A stretch of DNA of 64,000 nucleotides, from contig OZ024742.1 in the NCBI GenBank assembly GCA_964016885.1, positions 377,580,001-377,644,000 on the forward strand, written 5' to 3'. The position numbers were made by a program, and so were the translations under genes. Source of the DNA: Eledone cirrhosa (Eukaryota). Within the stretch, counting starts at the first letter, position 1. Each line of letters begins with the position of its first letter. The notes under the pieces are model-generated. The model ran no database searches. It saw nothing but the letters and a program-made list of their open reading frames with translations, and was not told the DNA's origin. Below are positions 13,079 to 27,720 of the stretch, piece by piece.

Positions 13079-14308
13079 TAACAGCAGCACCAACAGCAGC
13101 ACCAACAACAGCAGCACCAACAGCAGCAACCCCAACAGCAGCACCACCACAGCAGCACCAACAGCAGCACCAACAACAGCAGCACCACCAACAGCACAAC
13201 CAACAGCAGCAAAACCAACAGCAGCAAAACCACCAACAGCAGCACAACCAACAACAGCACCACCAACAGCAGCACCACCAACAACAGCAGCACCAACAGC
13301 AGCCCCATCAGCAGCACCACCAACAGCAGCACCACCAACAGCAGCAAAACCAACAGCAGCACCACCAACAGCAGCAACACGAACAGCAGCACCAACAGCA
13401 GCACCACCAACAGCAGCACCAACAGCAGCACCAACAACAGCAGCACCAACAGCAACACAACCAACAGCAGCACCAACAACAGCAGCACCAACAGCAGCAC
13501 CAACAGCACCACCAACAGCAGCACCAACAACAGCAGCACCAACAGCAACACAACCAACAGCACCACCAACAACAGCAGCACCAACAGCAGCAGCACCAAC
13601 AGCAACACAACCAACAGCACCACCAACAACAGCAGCACCAACAGCAGCAACACCAACAGCAACACAACCAACAGCAGCACCAACAACAGCACCACCAACA
13701 GCACCACCAACAGCAGCACCAACAGCAGCAACACCAACAGCAACACAACCAACAGCAGCACCAACAGCAGCACCAACAGCAGCACCAACAGCAGCACCAA
13801 CAGCAGCAACACCAACAGCAGCACCAACAACAGCAGCACCAACAGCAGCAACCCCAACAGCAGCACCACCACAGCAGCACCAACAGCAGCACCAACAACA
13901 GCAGCACCACCAACAGCACAACCAACAGCAGCACCACCAACAGCAGCAAAGCCAACAGCAGCACCACCAACAGCACCACCAACAGCAGCACCACCAACAG
14001 CAGCAGCAGCACCACCACCAGCAGCACCACCAACAACAGCAAAACCAACAGCAGCACCACCAACAGCAGCACCACCAACAGCAGCACCAATAACAGCAAA
14101 ACCAACAGCAGCACCACCAACAGCAGCACCACCAACAGCAGCACCAATAACAGCAAAACCAACAGCAGCACCACCAACAGCAGCACCAATAACAGCAAAA
14201 CCAACAGCAGCACCACCAACAGCAGCACCACCAACAGCAGCACCAATAACAGCAGCACCAACAGCAGCAGCACCAACAACAGCACCAACAGCACCAACAA
14301 CAGCAGCA
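13079..14308. repeat. Cryptic CAG/CAA/CAC trinucleotide tract
   Basis: Plus strand almost lacks T; mosaic of CAN triplets. Confidence 0.95.
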
Positions 14309-14380
14309 ATGTGAGCACGTTAGCCATAGCAATGTCTGCTAGGATGTAATCCAATAACTAGGTCTAACATTAATACTATT

Positions 14381-17300
14381 AGTAAAGATGCTACCACTAA
14401 TACCATAGATCTGATGACACAGTCTGCTGAGACATTACTCTAGTAAAGATGCTACCACTAATACCATAGATCTGATGACACAGTCTGCTGAGACATTACT
14501 CTAGTAAAGATGCTACCACTAATACCATAGATCTGATGACACAGTCTGCTAAGACATTACTCTAGTAAAGATGCTACCACTAATACCAGAGATCTGATGA
14601 CACAGTCTGCTAAGACATTACTGTAGTAAAGATGCTACCACTAATACCATAGATCTGATGACACAGTCTGCTAAGACATTACTCTAGTAAAGATGCTACC
14701 ACTAATACCATAGATCTGATGACACAGTCTGCTAAGACATTACTCTAGTAAAGATACTACCACTAATACCATAGATCTGATGACACAGTCTGCTAAGACA
14801 TTACTCTAGTAAAGATGCTACCACTAATACCATAGATCTGATGACACAGTCTGCTAAGACATTACTCTAGTAAAGATGTTACCACTAATACCATAGATCT
14901 GATGACACAGTCTGCTAAGACATTACTCTAGTAAAGATGCTACCACTAATACCATAGATCTGATGACACAGTCTGCTAAGACATTACTGTAGTAAAGATG
15001 CTACCACTAATACCATAGATTTGATGACACAGTCTGCTAAGACATTACTGTAGTAAAGATGTTACCACTAATACCATAGATCTGATGACACAGTCTGCTA
15101 AGACATTACTGTAGTAAAGATGTTACCACTAATACCATAGATCTGATGACACAGTCTGCTAAGACATTACTGTAGTAAAGATGCTACCACTAATACCATA
15201 GATCTGATGACACAGTCTGCTAAGACATTACTGTAGTAAAGATGCTACCACTAATACCATAGATCTGATGACACAGTCTGCTAAGACATTACTGTAGTAA
15301 AGATGTTACCACTAATACCATAGATCTGATGACACAGTCTGCTAAGACATTACTCTAGTAAAGATGCTACGACTAATACCATAGATCTGATGACACAGTC
15401 TGCTAAGACATTACTGTAGTAAAGATGCTACCACTAATACCATAGATCTGATGACACAGTCTGCTAAGACATTACTGTAGTAAAGATGCTACCACTAATA
15501 CCATAGATCTGATGACACTGTCTGCTAAGACATTACTGTAGTAAATATGATACCACTAATACCATAGATCTGATGACACAGTCTGCTAAGACATTACTCT
15601 AGTAAAGATGCTACCACTAATACCATAGATCTGATGACACAGTCTGCTAAGACATTACTCTAGTAAAGATGCTACCACTAATACCATAGATCTGATGACA
15701 CAGTCTGCTAAGACATTACTCTAGTAAAGATGTTACCACTAATACCATAGATCTGATGACACAGTCTGCTAAGACATTACTCTAGTAAATATGATACCAC
15801 TAATACCATAGATCTGATGACACAGTCTGCTAAGACATTACTCTAGTAAAGATGCTACCACTAATACCATAGATCTGATGACACAGTCTGCTAAGACATT
15901 ACTCTAGTAAAGATGTTACCACTAATACCATAGATCTGATGACACAGTCTGCTAAGACATTACTCTAGTAAAGATGCTACCACTAATACCATAGATTTGA
16001 TGACACAGTCTGCTAAGACATTACTCTAGTAAAGATGCTACCACTAATACCATAGATCTGATGACACAGTCTGCTAAGACATTACTCTAGTAAAGATGTT
16101 ACCACTAATACCATAGATCTGATGACACAGTCTGCTAAGACATTACTCTAGTAAAGATGTTACCACTAATACCATAGATCTGATGACACAGTCTGCTAAG
16201 ACATTACTCTAGTAAAGATGCTACCACTAATACCATAGATCTGATGACACAGTCTGCTAAGACATTACTCTAGTAAAGATGTTACCACTAATACCATAGA
16301 TCTGATGACACAGTCTGCTAAGACATTACTCTAGTAAAGATGCTACCACTAATACCATAGATCTGATGACACAGTCTGCTAAGACATTACTCTAGTAAAG
16401 ATGCTACCACTAATACCATAGATCTGATGACACAGTCTGCTAAGACATTACTCTAGTAAAGATGTTACCACTAATACCATAGATCTGATGACACAGTCTG
16501 CTAAGACATTACTCTAGTAAAGATGCTACCACTAATACCATAGATCTGATGACACTGTCTGCTAAGACATTACTCTAGTAAAGATGCTACCACTAATACC
16601 ATAGATCTGATGACACAGTCTGCTAAGACATTACTCTAGTAAAGATGCTACCACTAATACCATAGATCTGATGACACAGTCTGCTAAGACATTACTCTAG
16701 TAAAGATGCTACCACTAATACCATAGATTTGATGACACAGTCTGCTAAGACATTACTCTAGTAAAGATGCTACCACTAATACCATAGATCTGATGACACA
16801 GTCTGCTAAGACATTACTCTAGTAAAGATGCTACCACTAATACCATAGATTTGATGACACAGTCTGCTAAGACATTACTCTAGTAAAGATGCTACCACTA
16901 ATACCATAGATCTGATGACACAGTCTGCTAAGACATTACTCTAGTAAAGATGCTACCACTAATACCATAGATCTGATGACACAGTCTGCTAAGACATTAC
17001 TCTAGTAAAGATGTTACCACTAATACCATAGATTTGATGACACAGTCTGCTAAGACATTACTCTAGTAAAGATGTTACCACTAATACCATAGATTTGATG
17101 ACACAGTCTGCTAAGACATTACTCTAGTAAAGATGCTACCACTAATACCATAGATTTGATGACACAGTCTGCTAAGACATTACTCTAGTAAAGATGCTAC
17201 CACTAATACCATAGATTTGATGACACAGTCTGCTAAGACATTACTCTAGTAAATATGATACCACTAATACCATAGATCTGATGACACAGTCTGCTAAGAC

Positions 17301-20175
17301 ATTACTCTAGTAAAGATGTTACCACTAATACCATAGATCTGATGACACAGTCTGCTAAGACATTACTCTAGTAAATATGATACCACTAATACCATAGATT
17401 TGATGACACAGTCTGCTAAGACATTACTCTAGTAAAGATGCTACCACTAATACCATAGATTTGATGACACAGTCTGCTAAGACATTACTCTAGTAAATAT
17501 GATACCACTAATACCATAGATCTGATGACACAGTCTGCTAAGACATTACTCTAGTAAAGATGTTACCACTAATACCATTGATCTGATGACACAGTCTGCT
17601 AAGACATTACTCTAGTAAAGATGCTACCACTAATACCATAGATCTGATGACACAGTCTGCTAAGACATTACTCTAGTAAAGATGTTACCACTAATACCAT
17701 AGATCTGATGACACAGTCTGCTAAGACATTACTCTAGTAAAGATGCTACCACTAATACCATAGATCTGATGACACAGTCTGCTAAGACATTACTCTAGTA
17801 AAGATGCTACCACTAATACCATAGATTTGATGACACAGTCTGCTAAGACATTACTCTAGTAAAGATGCTACCACTAATACCATAGATTTGATGACACAGT
17901 CTGCTAAGACATTACTCTAGTAAATATGATACCACTAATACCATAGATCTGATGACACAGTCTGCTAAGACATTACTCTAGTAAAGATGTTACCACTAAT
18001 ACCATAGATTTGATGACACAGTCTGCTAAGACATTACTCTAGTAAAGATACTACCACTAATACCAGAGATTTGATGACACAGTCTGCTAAGACATTACTC
18101 TAGTAAAGATGATACCACTAATACCATAGATTTGATGACACAGTCTGCTAAGACATTACTCTAGTAAAGATGCTACCACTAATACCAGAGATTTGATGAC
18201 ACAGTCTGCTAAGACATTACTCTAGTAAAGATGATACCACTAATACCATAGATTTGATGACACAGTCTGCTAAGACATTACTCTAGTAAAGATGCTACCA
18301 CTAATACCATAGATATGATGACACAGTCTGCTAAGACATTACTCTAGTAAAGATGCTACCACTAATACCAGAGATTTGATGACACAGTCTGCTAAGACAT
18401 TACTCTAGTAAAGATGCTACCACTAATACCATAGATTTGATGACACAGTCTGCTGAGACATTACTCTAGTAAATATGATACCACTAATACCATAGATTTG
18501 ATGACACAGTCTGCTAAGACATTACTCTAGTAAAGATGATACCACTAATACCATAGATTTGATGACACAGTCTGCTAAGACATTACTCTAGTAAAGATGA
18601 TACCACTAATACCATAGATCTGATGATACAGTCAGCTAAGACATTACTCTAGTAAAGATGCTAACACTAATACCATAGATTTGATGACACAGTCTGCTAA
18701 GACATTACTGTAGTTAAGATGCTACGACTAATACCATAGATTTGATGACACAGTCTGCTAAGACATTACTCTAGTTAAGATGCTACGACTAATACCATAG
18801 ATTTGATGACACAGTCTGCTAAGACATTACTCTAGTAAAGATGCTACCACTAATACCATAGATTTGATGACACAGTCTGCTAAGACATTACTGTAGTAAA
18901 GATGATACCACTAATACCAGAGATTTGATGACACAGTCTGCTAAGACATTACTCTAGTAAAGATGCTACCACTAATACCATAGATTTGATGACACAGTCT
19001 TCTAAGACAATACTCTAGTAAAGATGCTACCACTAATACCATAGATATGATGACACAGTCTGCTAAGACATTACTCTAGTAAATCTGATACCACTAATAC
19101 CATAGATCTGACGACACAGTCTGCTAAGACATTACTGTAGTAAAGATGTTACCACTAATACCATAGATCTGATGACACAGTCTGCTAAGACATTACTCTA
19201 GTAAATATGCTACCACTAATACCATAGATATGATGACACAGTCTGCTAAGACATTACTCTAGTAAAGATGATACCACTAATACCATAGATTTGATGACAC
19301 AGTCTGCTAAGACATTACTCTAGTAAAGATGATACCACTAATACCATAGATCTGATGACACAGTCTGCTAAGACATTACTCTAGTAAAGGTGATACCACT
19401 AATAGCATAGATTTGATGACACAGTCTGCTAAGACATTACTGTAGTAAAGATGTTACCACTAATACCATAGATCTGATGACACAGTCTGCTAAGACATTA
19501 CTCTAGTAAATATGCTACCACTAATACCATAGATATGATGACACAGTCTGCTAAGACATTACTCTAGTAAAGATGATACCACTAATACCATAGATCTGAT
19601 GACACAGTCTGCTAAGACATTACTCTAGTAAAGGTGATACCACTAATAGCATAGATTTGATGACACAGTCTGCTAAGACATTACTGTAGTAAAGATGTTA
19701 CCACTAATACCATAGATCTGATGACACAGTCTGCTAAGACATTACTCTAGTAAAGATGTTACCACTAATACCATAGATCTGATGACACAGTCTGCTAAGA
19801 CATTACTGTAGTAAAGATGTTACCACTAATACCATAGATCTGATGACACAGTCTGCTAAGACATTACTGTAGTAAAGATGATACCACTAATACCATAGAT
19901 CTGATGACACAGTCTGCTAAGACATTACTCTAGTAAATATGCTACCACTAATACCATAGATATGATGACACAGTCTGCTAAGACATTACTGTAGTAAAGA
20001 TGATACCACCAATACCATAGATTTGATGACACAGTCTGCTAAGACATTACTCTAGTAAATATGCTACCACTAATACCATAGATATGATGACACAGTCTGC
20101 TAAGACATTACTGTAGTAAAGATGATACCACCAATACCATAGATTTGATGACACAGTCTGCTAAGACATTACTCT
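14381..20175. repeat. 61-bp satellite, ~95 copies
   Basis: agtaaagatgctaccactaataccatagatctgatgacacagtctgctaagacattactct; register shifts one base per 60-nt line. Confidence 0.98.
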
Positions 20176-20199
20176 TTAGTAATGAACCCATTATGAGTG

Positions 20200-20510
20200 G
20201 CCGGGTGGCAGAGTGGCCTAGTGGTAAGGTTGTTGGACTTACAATCATAATGTCAGGGGTTCAATTCTTGGGTTGTATGTTGTGTTGTTGAGCAAAACAC
20301 TTCATGTCTCATTCCCCACCTATTTTAATAGAGCGTCAGACACCATGTTTTGCAGCATAGTTATGGCCCTTTGCGTTCTGTGTTCAAATCCGCCGAGGTT
20401 AACTTTGCCTTTCATCTTTACGAGGTCGATAAAATAAAGTACTAGTGGTGCACTGGGGGTTATCGCTGGCCTTGTGCCAAAAGTAGAAACATATATTTTA
20501 ATATAGGTAT
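20200..20510 (+). mobile_element. SINE tRNA-like head followed by a Deu/Nin-domain SINE fragment
   Basis: gtggcctagtggtaagg...ggttcaattc; then gttcaaatccgccgaggttaactttgcctttcatc...aaagtagaaaca. Confidence 0.65.
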
Positions 20511-21165
20511 GAACATTTCAAAAGAAGGACATATGTATCATAGAACAAAAGATGGTTTAAGACGATTGGGTATCAAAATGGTTAAAGGAACCAATAAAAA
20601 GATCCACCGTAAACTATTGGGTTTCTCTGTTCAATATTTATATTTCGTAAAAGATAGTCAGGTATTGAATTCCATAATTTACATTCCATATTAAAGGTAA
20701 TTATCCTAATTTTCTTAATTGAATATCATATGCACTGCAGCTATTCCCATGAAGGAAACCATTGCGTACAGAATGTTGGAGTTGACAAAAACAAGTTTTT
20801 CTAAGGAAATTGCTAAACTATAAATTTAAACTCTCGGGATAAAAGGCGGGAGAGTTGTTGTTGAATTGAAAATTGAATTTATTGCTGTTATGTTGGAATA
20901 AAGTAATATTCTCGTAAATAATAAGTTTCAGTGTGACTCACGTCATATAAACCAAACACAAGGGGAATATGAAATTGATAATGGCTGTACTTGTTTATAC
21001 TTATCGTAAATGAGAAATTTAACCTGGAAATAACAGTAGAATGATTTGTAAGTTGATTACACTAACAGGTGGAATGGAAAACAAGTGAGGCTATATGTGG
21101 TCACTCGAATTGTTAAAAACAGCAGCCAAATTTCCATCAAATTACGCCCTGCTAAAATGGTTTCT

Positions 21166-21376
21166 TATCTAGGCTCAAGGTCAACAATTTCGGAGGAAGG
21201 AGAAAGTCAATTAAATCAAACCCAGTGCGTTACTGGTACTTTATTTTATCGACCCTGTAAGGACAAAAGGCAAAGATAACCTCGGCGGGATTTGAATTCA
21301 GAACGTAAAGGGACGTAACAATATACCGCGAAACAGGATGTCCGAGGCTTTAACGATACAGTCAATCCACCACCCT
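21166..21376 (-). mobile_element. Deu/Nin-domain SINE
   Basis: actggtactttattttatcgaccctgtaagg...cctcggcgggatttgaa. Confidence 0.75.
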
Positions 21377-21789
21377 TCTGACATAAATACACCATGCCCA
21401 TAATATCGGAGCTGTGATCCCTCAATTCGTTTTAATTTTTAGATACGGTGCATTTGTTCTTAGTTGTTTCGTTTTTTACAGGTTGTGGTGTGGAATTTTC
21501 AAAAGTTTGAGTATTTATACATGAAACACATTTACATCTTAAACTACAGACATTTAGTAAATGTTGTATTTGCTACATTGTTGCAGTAGAGGTTAATATT
21601 TGAACGTATCTATTAAAAGATGTTTACATCGTGTTTATCCAATCCACTCTACATAACTGTTGCCATGTATTCTGATGCTGTTCTTGTCTTCATACAACAA
21701 TATAATGTTTACTTGAAACATCTTCTACAAAATATAGTCAGAATGTAAAGGCGTCTGGCAGATATAAAAGAAAATATGTAAATACCCGT

Positions 21790-21858
<69 letters not shown>

Positions 21859-22031
21859 ATATAAATGGAAAAAATGAAACGAAATTTCATTTCCCACTCT
21901 TAGTACGGCTGTTACTTAAATATAAGTATGTACACGTACATACATATATGTATACAGACGTACAGCAGTATATATATATATATATACATACATGTACACA
22001 TATATATATGTACGTATGGATTCACCGAACA

Positions 22032-22210
22032 GTGGATTGGCAGTATCGGTAGAGGGTCGAACGCCATGCTTTCCAGCATAGTTACGTCCCTTTACGATCT
22101 GAGTTCAAATCCCGCCGAGGTTGACTTTGCCTTTCATCCTTACAGGGTCGATAAAATAAAGTACCAGTAATGAACTGGGTAATTGCTGGCCTTGTGCCTA
22201 AAGTAGAAAC
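22032..22210 (+). mobile_element. Deu/Nin-domain SINE inserted into the retrozyme-like unit
   Basis: Interrupts ttcaccgaaca|tttattataatgc, which is contiguous in the other copies. Confidence 0.85.
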
Positions 22211-22308
22211 ATTTATTATAATGCTCGGTGTGTTTGTAAACAAACTTCCCGTATTAAGCCGTAGTGTCCAGCAACCATCGTTGCTCGTTTGTTCAACACT
22301 GACAAGGA

Positions 22309-22351
22309 ACGCTGTACTAGTTCCAAGCTTATTAGCTATCGTCAGCAACGT
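22309..22351 (-). ncRNA. Hammerhead, probably inactive (GAAA to GGAA)
   Basis: Minus strand acgttg CTGACGA tagctaataagctt GGAAC ta GTA cagcgt. Confidence 0.7.
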
Positions 22352-22561
22352 TTACCTTCCTGCCAGATTGTTGAACGTCTGAAAGTATATACTTTCCTTA
22401 TGCATATTAAAGGCTGAAATTTCGTTTCATCTTTTCCGTTTATCGTTTTCGGTGCACCCGGCCGATTAACCCACTCGAAATGCAAATTGGGCTACTCAGC
22501 CGTTAATATGCATAAGGAAAGTATATACTTTCAGACGTTCAACAATCTGGCAGGAAGGTAT

Positions 22562-22604
22562 ACGTTGCTGACGATAGCTAATAAGCTTGAAACTAGTACA
22601 GCGT
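22562..22604 (+). ncRNA. Minimal type I hammerhead
   Basis: acgttg CTGACGA t agct aata agct t GAAAC ta GTA cagcgt; palindromic stem III ACTAGT. Confidence 0.9.
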
Positions 22605-22987
22605 TTCTTTGTCAGTGTTGAACAAACGAGCAACGATGGTTGCTGGACACTACGGCTTGATACGGGATGTTTGTTTACAAACACCCCGAGCATTATAATA
22701 AATGTTCGGTGAATCCATACGTATATATATATATGTGTGCATGTATGTATATATATACATACTACTGTACGTCTGTATACATATATGTATGTACGTGTAC
22801 ATACTTATATTTAAGTAACAGCCGTACTAAGAGTGGGAAATGAAATTTCGTTTCATTTTTTCCGTTTATCGTTTTCGGTGCACCCGGCCGATTAACCCAC
22901 TCGATATGCAAATTGGGCTACTCAGCCGTTAATATGCATAAGGAAAGTATATACTTTCAGACGTTCAACAATCTGGCAGGAAGGTAT

Positions 22988-23030
22988 ACGTTGCTGACGA
23001 TAGCTAATAAGCTTGAAACTAGTACAGCGT
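22988..23030 (+). ncRNA. Minimal type I hammerhead
   Basis: Identical to 22562-22604, 426 bp downstream. Confidence 0.9.
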
Positions 23031-23233
23031 TCCTTTGTCAGTGTTGAACAAACGAGCAACGATGGTTGCTAGACACTACGGCTTAATACGGGATGTTTGT
23101 TTACAAACACACCGAGCATTATAATAAATGTTCGGTGAATCATCCATACGTACATATATATATATGTGTGCATGTATGTATATATATATACATACTACTG
23201 TACGTCTGTATACATATATGTAAGTACGTGTAC

Positions 23234-23393
<160 letters not shown>

Positions 23394-23922
23394 ATATATA
23401 CTGTTATTGCTTTTGAGAAAATTAGTCAGTGAGCATTTATTACGACAGATATATTAAGGTACCAGAAAAGCCCTTACCGAAATGAAAAACGACAAAATTC
23501 TATATTTCAAAACAACTACAAGCTTCTAGATAAAAGAGAAAATTCATTTAGAAACTCTAAATTTTTGCTCTGAAAAGACAGAAATAAATGAGAATTTAAA
23601 AGAAAATGTTTAAAAGAAAACAGTATACGATATGTTATATCAACTAAACACTGTAGTAGATAACCTATGTACACATAATTTAATAGATAAGTATTATAAT
23701 CTTACTTGGAAATATGGAAAAATTAAACATCGCTTAGGGAATGTGTTTCTTATCGCTATTACATTAGAAGCATTAGAAGTTATAGCTACGTACACATACA
23801 TATATACACATACACACGCATACATATACATACATACATACATGCACATACATACATATACACACATACAGACATACACGCACACGCACATACACACACA
23901 TTTATATATATATATATGTATA

Positions 23923-23959
<37 letters not shown>

Positions 23960-23963
23960 AACT

Positions 23964-24043
<80 letters not shown>

Positions 24044-24058
24044 TAATAATATGGAACT

Positions 24059-24113
<55 letters not shown>

Positions 24114-24338
24114 AACTATTGTGGAACTATTGTCATCTTGCCTTACAGTTTGAACCTTACAGAACCACCTGCCTCTTTGAGGTCAAATACCAACCTACTA
24201 CCATCTACAAACTGACCAATGAGAATCAAGACCATTCCTGCTGACAACATCAAAGTATTCCTAACAAGCTCATATGTCCCAAGGCTCTGATACCATCAAC
24301 ACTATACACACAGAGCTGGCATATCTAAGAACTGACTA

Positions 24339-24394
24339 ACTGCCTGATGAGGTCATAGCCATTCAATGGTTATCACCGAAATATATATAGCAGT
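24339..24394 (+). ncRNA. Type I hammerhead
   Basis: actgc CTGATGA ggt c atagcca ttcaa tggttat c acc GAAA tatata TA gcagt. Confidence 0.9.
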
Positions 24395-24443
24395 AAATAA
24401 AGGATTATGAGTTCATGCAATTAACTTATGTTTCGTCACTATA

Positions 24444-24479
<36 letters not shown>

Positions 24480-25606
24480 TGCATGTATGTATACACACAA
24501 ACACACACATGCACATATATTATCATTAAGAAAATCTATGCATATATGTGTAGATGTAAATATATATAAGTGACAACTAAAGAACCAGAGAAACTAGTAA
24601 GATAGGATTAGTTGCGAACATTGGTAGTTTGTCCAGTAGACATTTAACTGCAGTAAATTTTGGCAAGTTTTGCTCAACAAATAATTTGGAGAAAAATATA
24701 GAGAATTAGTACATTTACCAACATATGTGTACAGATGTTCACCTATGCTAGCAAATATATATGTTATGTCTTAGTGCCTTTGTAGTTCTATGCAGGGGGA
24801 TGCAGAACAATTATATGAAAGACGTAAAATAAGAAAATTAAAAAAATTAAAAATCAACTTGCTTACTAAAATTTTCACTCCAACTAATTAGTTTCTGTAA
24901 GGGGATAAATATAGTTACATAATATAAATGCCCCCCCCCCCCCCCCACCACCACCACGAGAAATGGTGGCAGGATGGATGAAGAAACACACACAGATACT
25001 TCTAAATGTCAGCAGCAGCAAGACATAGGATGACCACAAGACCAACACCACTACCTAAATAAGGGTAGAGGTCAGATGTACTTAACAATAGCAAAAACAA
25101 ACACTACAGGGAGCCCACCCTAGAAAGAATTTCTATAGAATTTTGACTGAGGAATGCTCTCAAAATTGACCAATGGGAGGAGTGACCTTACAAATATTTC
25201 TAACAATTAAGATTGGGGATAACACATACACATTTTATTTGATTATTGTATTTTGTTCCTTTACCATCATATTCCTTCTACCACTTTATCATTTCTTTTG
25301 AGCTGACTCCAACACCCCTACCAACATAAGAGTGGAGGACAGATGTACTTAACAATAACAAGAACAACCACTACAGATTGCCTCGCCTCACAACGAATTT
25401 CTATAGACATTTGACTGAGGAATGTTCTCACAACTCAGCAATGAGAGGAGAAGATGTCCTTTGACACTGAAATTCGTTTGTTTAAATTCATATGATTCCA
25501 GTTCCTCAGTGAAATAACAACCCAACCAGGAACTGGGCATATCAGAGTATTTACAGAGTTAAACACCTCAACAACATGTGTACTCGTCTCTACCACACTA
25601 ATTCGG

Positions 25607-25661
25607 ACTGCCTGAAGAGGTCAAAGTCAAAGATGGCTGTCACCGAAATATATATAGCAGT
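25607..25661 (+). ncRNA. Type I hammerhead (family of 24339)
   Basis: actgc CTGAAGA ggt...acc GAAA tatata TA gcagt. Confidence 0.85.
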
Positions 25662-25832
25662 AATAAACGAAGCCAAATTTAAAAATTTTTAAACATTTGA
25701 CTTATTTATTTTATTTTACTTTACTCCGGAGTAACCAAACCAACCTGCGCACTTCGTCGAGTGTTCCAATCTGCATACTGAGGTGTTGGTATACAACCAA
25801 CATATACTCAGTATATATATATATATATATAT

Positions 25833-25979
25833 ATGAAATGAAGAATTAGAAATAGAAGCCAGGACTATCCATCATTAGTGGTCTACTAGCCATCATAGGT
25901 ATTTCTTCGCAACCTATGATGGCTAGTAGACCACTGATGATGGATAGTCCTGGCTTCTATTTCTAATTCTTCATTTTAT
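25833..25979. repeat. Inverted repeat, ~68-bp arms
   Basis: gaagccaggactatccatca...cataggt / acctatg...tgatggatagtcctggcttc. Confidence 0.9.
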
Positions 25980-26381
25980 TTATATATCATATTGCAACAA
26001 CACAGCACGCAATTTTTCATTTATATATATATATAATGCCAATCATTGTAAGTTTGAATCTAACTGATACGCAGAAACATATATATAGGAATAGGGTAAG
26101 CCCAAATCATAGTAGATTCAAATATCTCAGAGAAAGTGAGGGAGGAGGGGGCGGAGAAATGAGGTGGAACAGAAGTGAAACATGGATGACAGGTTAAAAT
26201 GTAGTCTAGATAGATGTGAAACAAAACGAGGATGTAGTTTATGGAACACCCAAATGATTTAGAAGTCGACCTTAAGTAGGAACAATAACAGTAGGTTTAT
26301 AAATATGTATTTTTATAAAATTTTCGTAGTTGTCTCTGTGGCCTAGTGGTAGGTACAAGAGACGGTGGAGATCCTGGCCTT

Positions 26382-26905
<524 letters not shown>

Positions 26906-27143
26906 CCTCATTACGCAATGCTTCAAGTAAACTACAATTTCCTTCATATATATATATAGTTGTTATATAGTAAGGTGTATTATTGGTTGTGTCATACGGT
27001 TCAATAAACTTGTGTTAGCATTATTAAGTTCTCCACGCTTTTGTATATCTCCAGTTCCATTTATGGGAACAGCTAGATGATGTAAAGCGGAGTATTTGTA
27101 TTAAAATAAAGATCCGAAGGCGTGGTATAAATTTCCAATCATT

Positions 27144-27225
27144 TTAATCACGACACATGTTTCAATAAGAGATAGATCGATCGTGTGGTCATGATCGATT
27201 ATCATTGATCTCATCAGGGGAATAA
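27144..27225 (-). ncRNA. Hammerhead with long stem II
   Basis: Minus strand ttattccc CTGATGA gatcaatgata atcgatc...gatcgat ctatctcttatt GAAAC atgt GTC gtgattaa. Confidence 0.7.
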
Positions 27226-27720
27226 TGAATTGTCTTCAAATCTATGATATGAGGGAGGAAAAACTAACGATGTTCACTTACTAGAGTTTTGTTCCCCATG
27301 GTCCTTAGTTTGCTCAGCCCAGCCGTATAACGGCAGCACGAGCGTTTGTAATTTATGTATAGTTGAAACCTTTCATATAATTAGAGGCGGTCCCCTACTA
27401 ATCAATAGGAGAGCGGACTTCTTCAGCACCTGCCAGCATAGAACCTCCAAAACCTTCCTCAGGATTTTTAGCAAGTAACCTACCACTAACTCCACCCTTT
27501 TTACCTTAGCCATAGAGTTCTTTCAATTAGCAAAAAATAGACAATCACCCACTAAGGTAGTAGACAGCTAAGATCGTTTGCGCACTTACACACGGTACTC
27601 GGTATGTTTCCACAAAGTTCTCACAGCTGAGTCCACATTTACCATTACTTTAGAATACCCTCACCATAGAGTTCTCTCAGTTAGTAAATAGTTGGACGTA
27701 TTACACACTCAGTTAAGAAC

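Noticed and set aside
14381-20175. Hammerhead in the 61-bp satellite (CTGATGA in most units)
   Set aside because: No GAAA (reads GTAAA), no stem I/III pairing, and many units carry TTGATGA or ATGATGA
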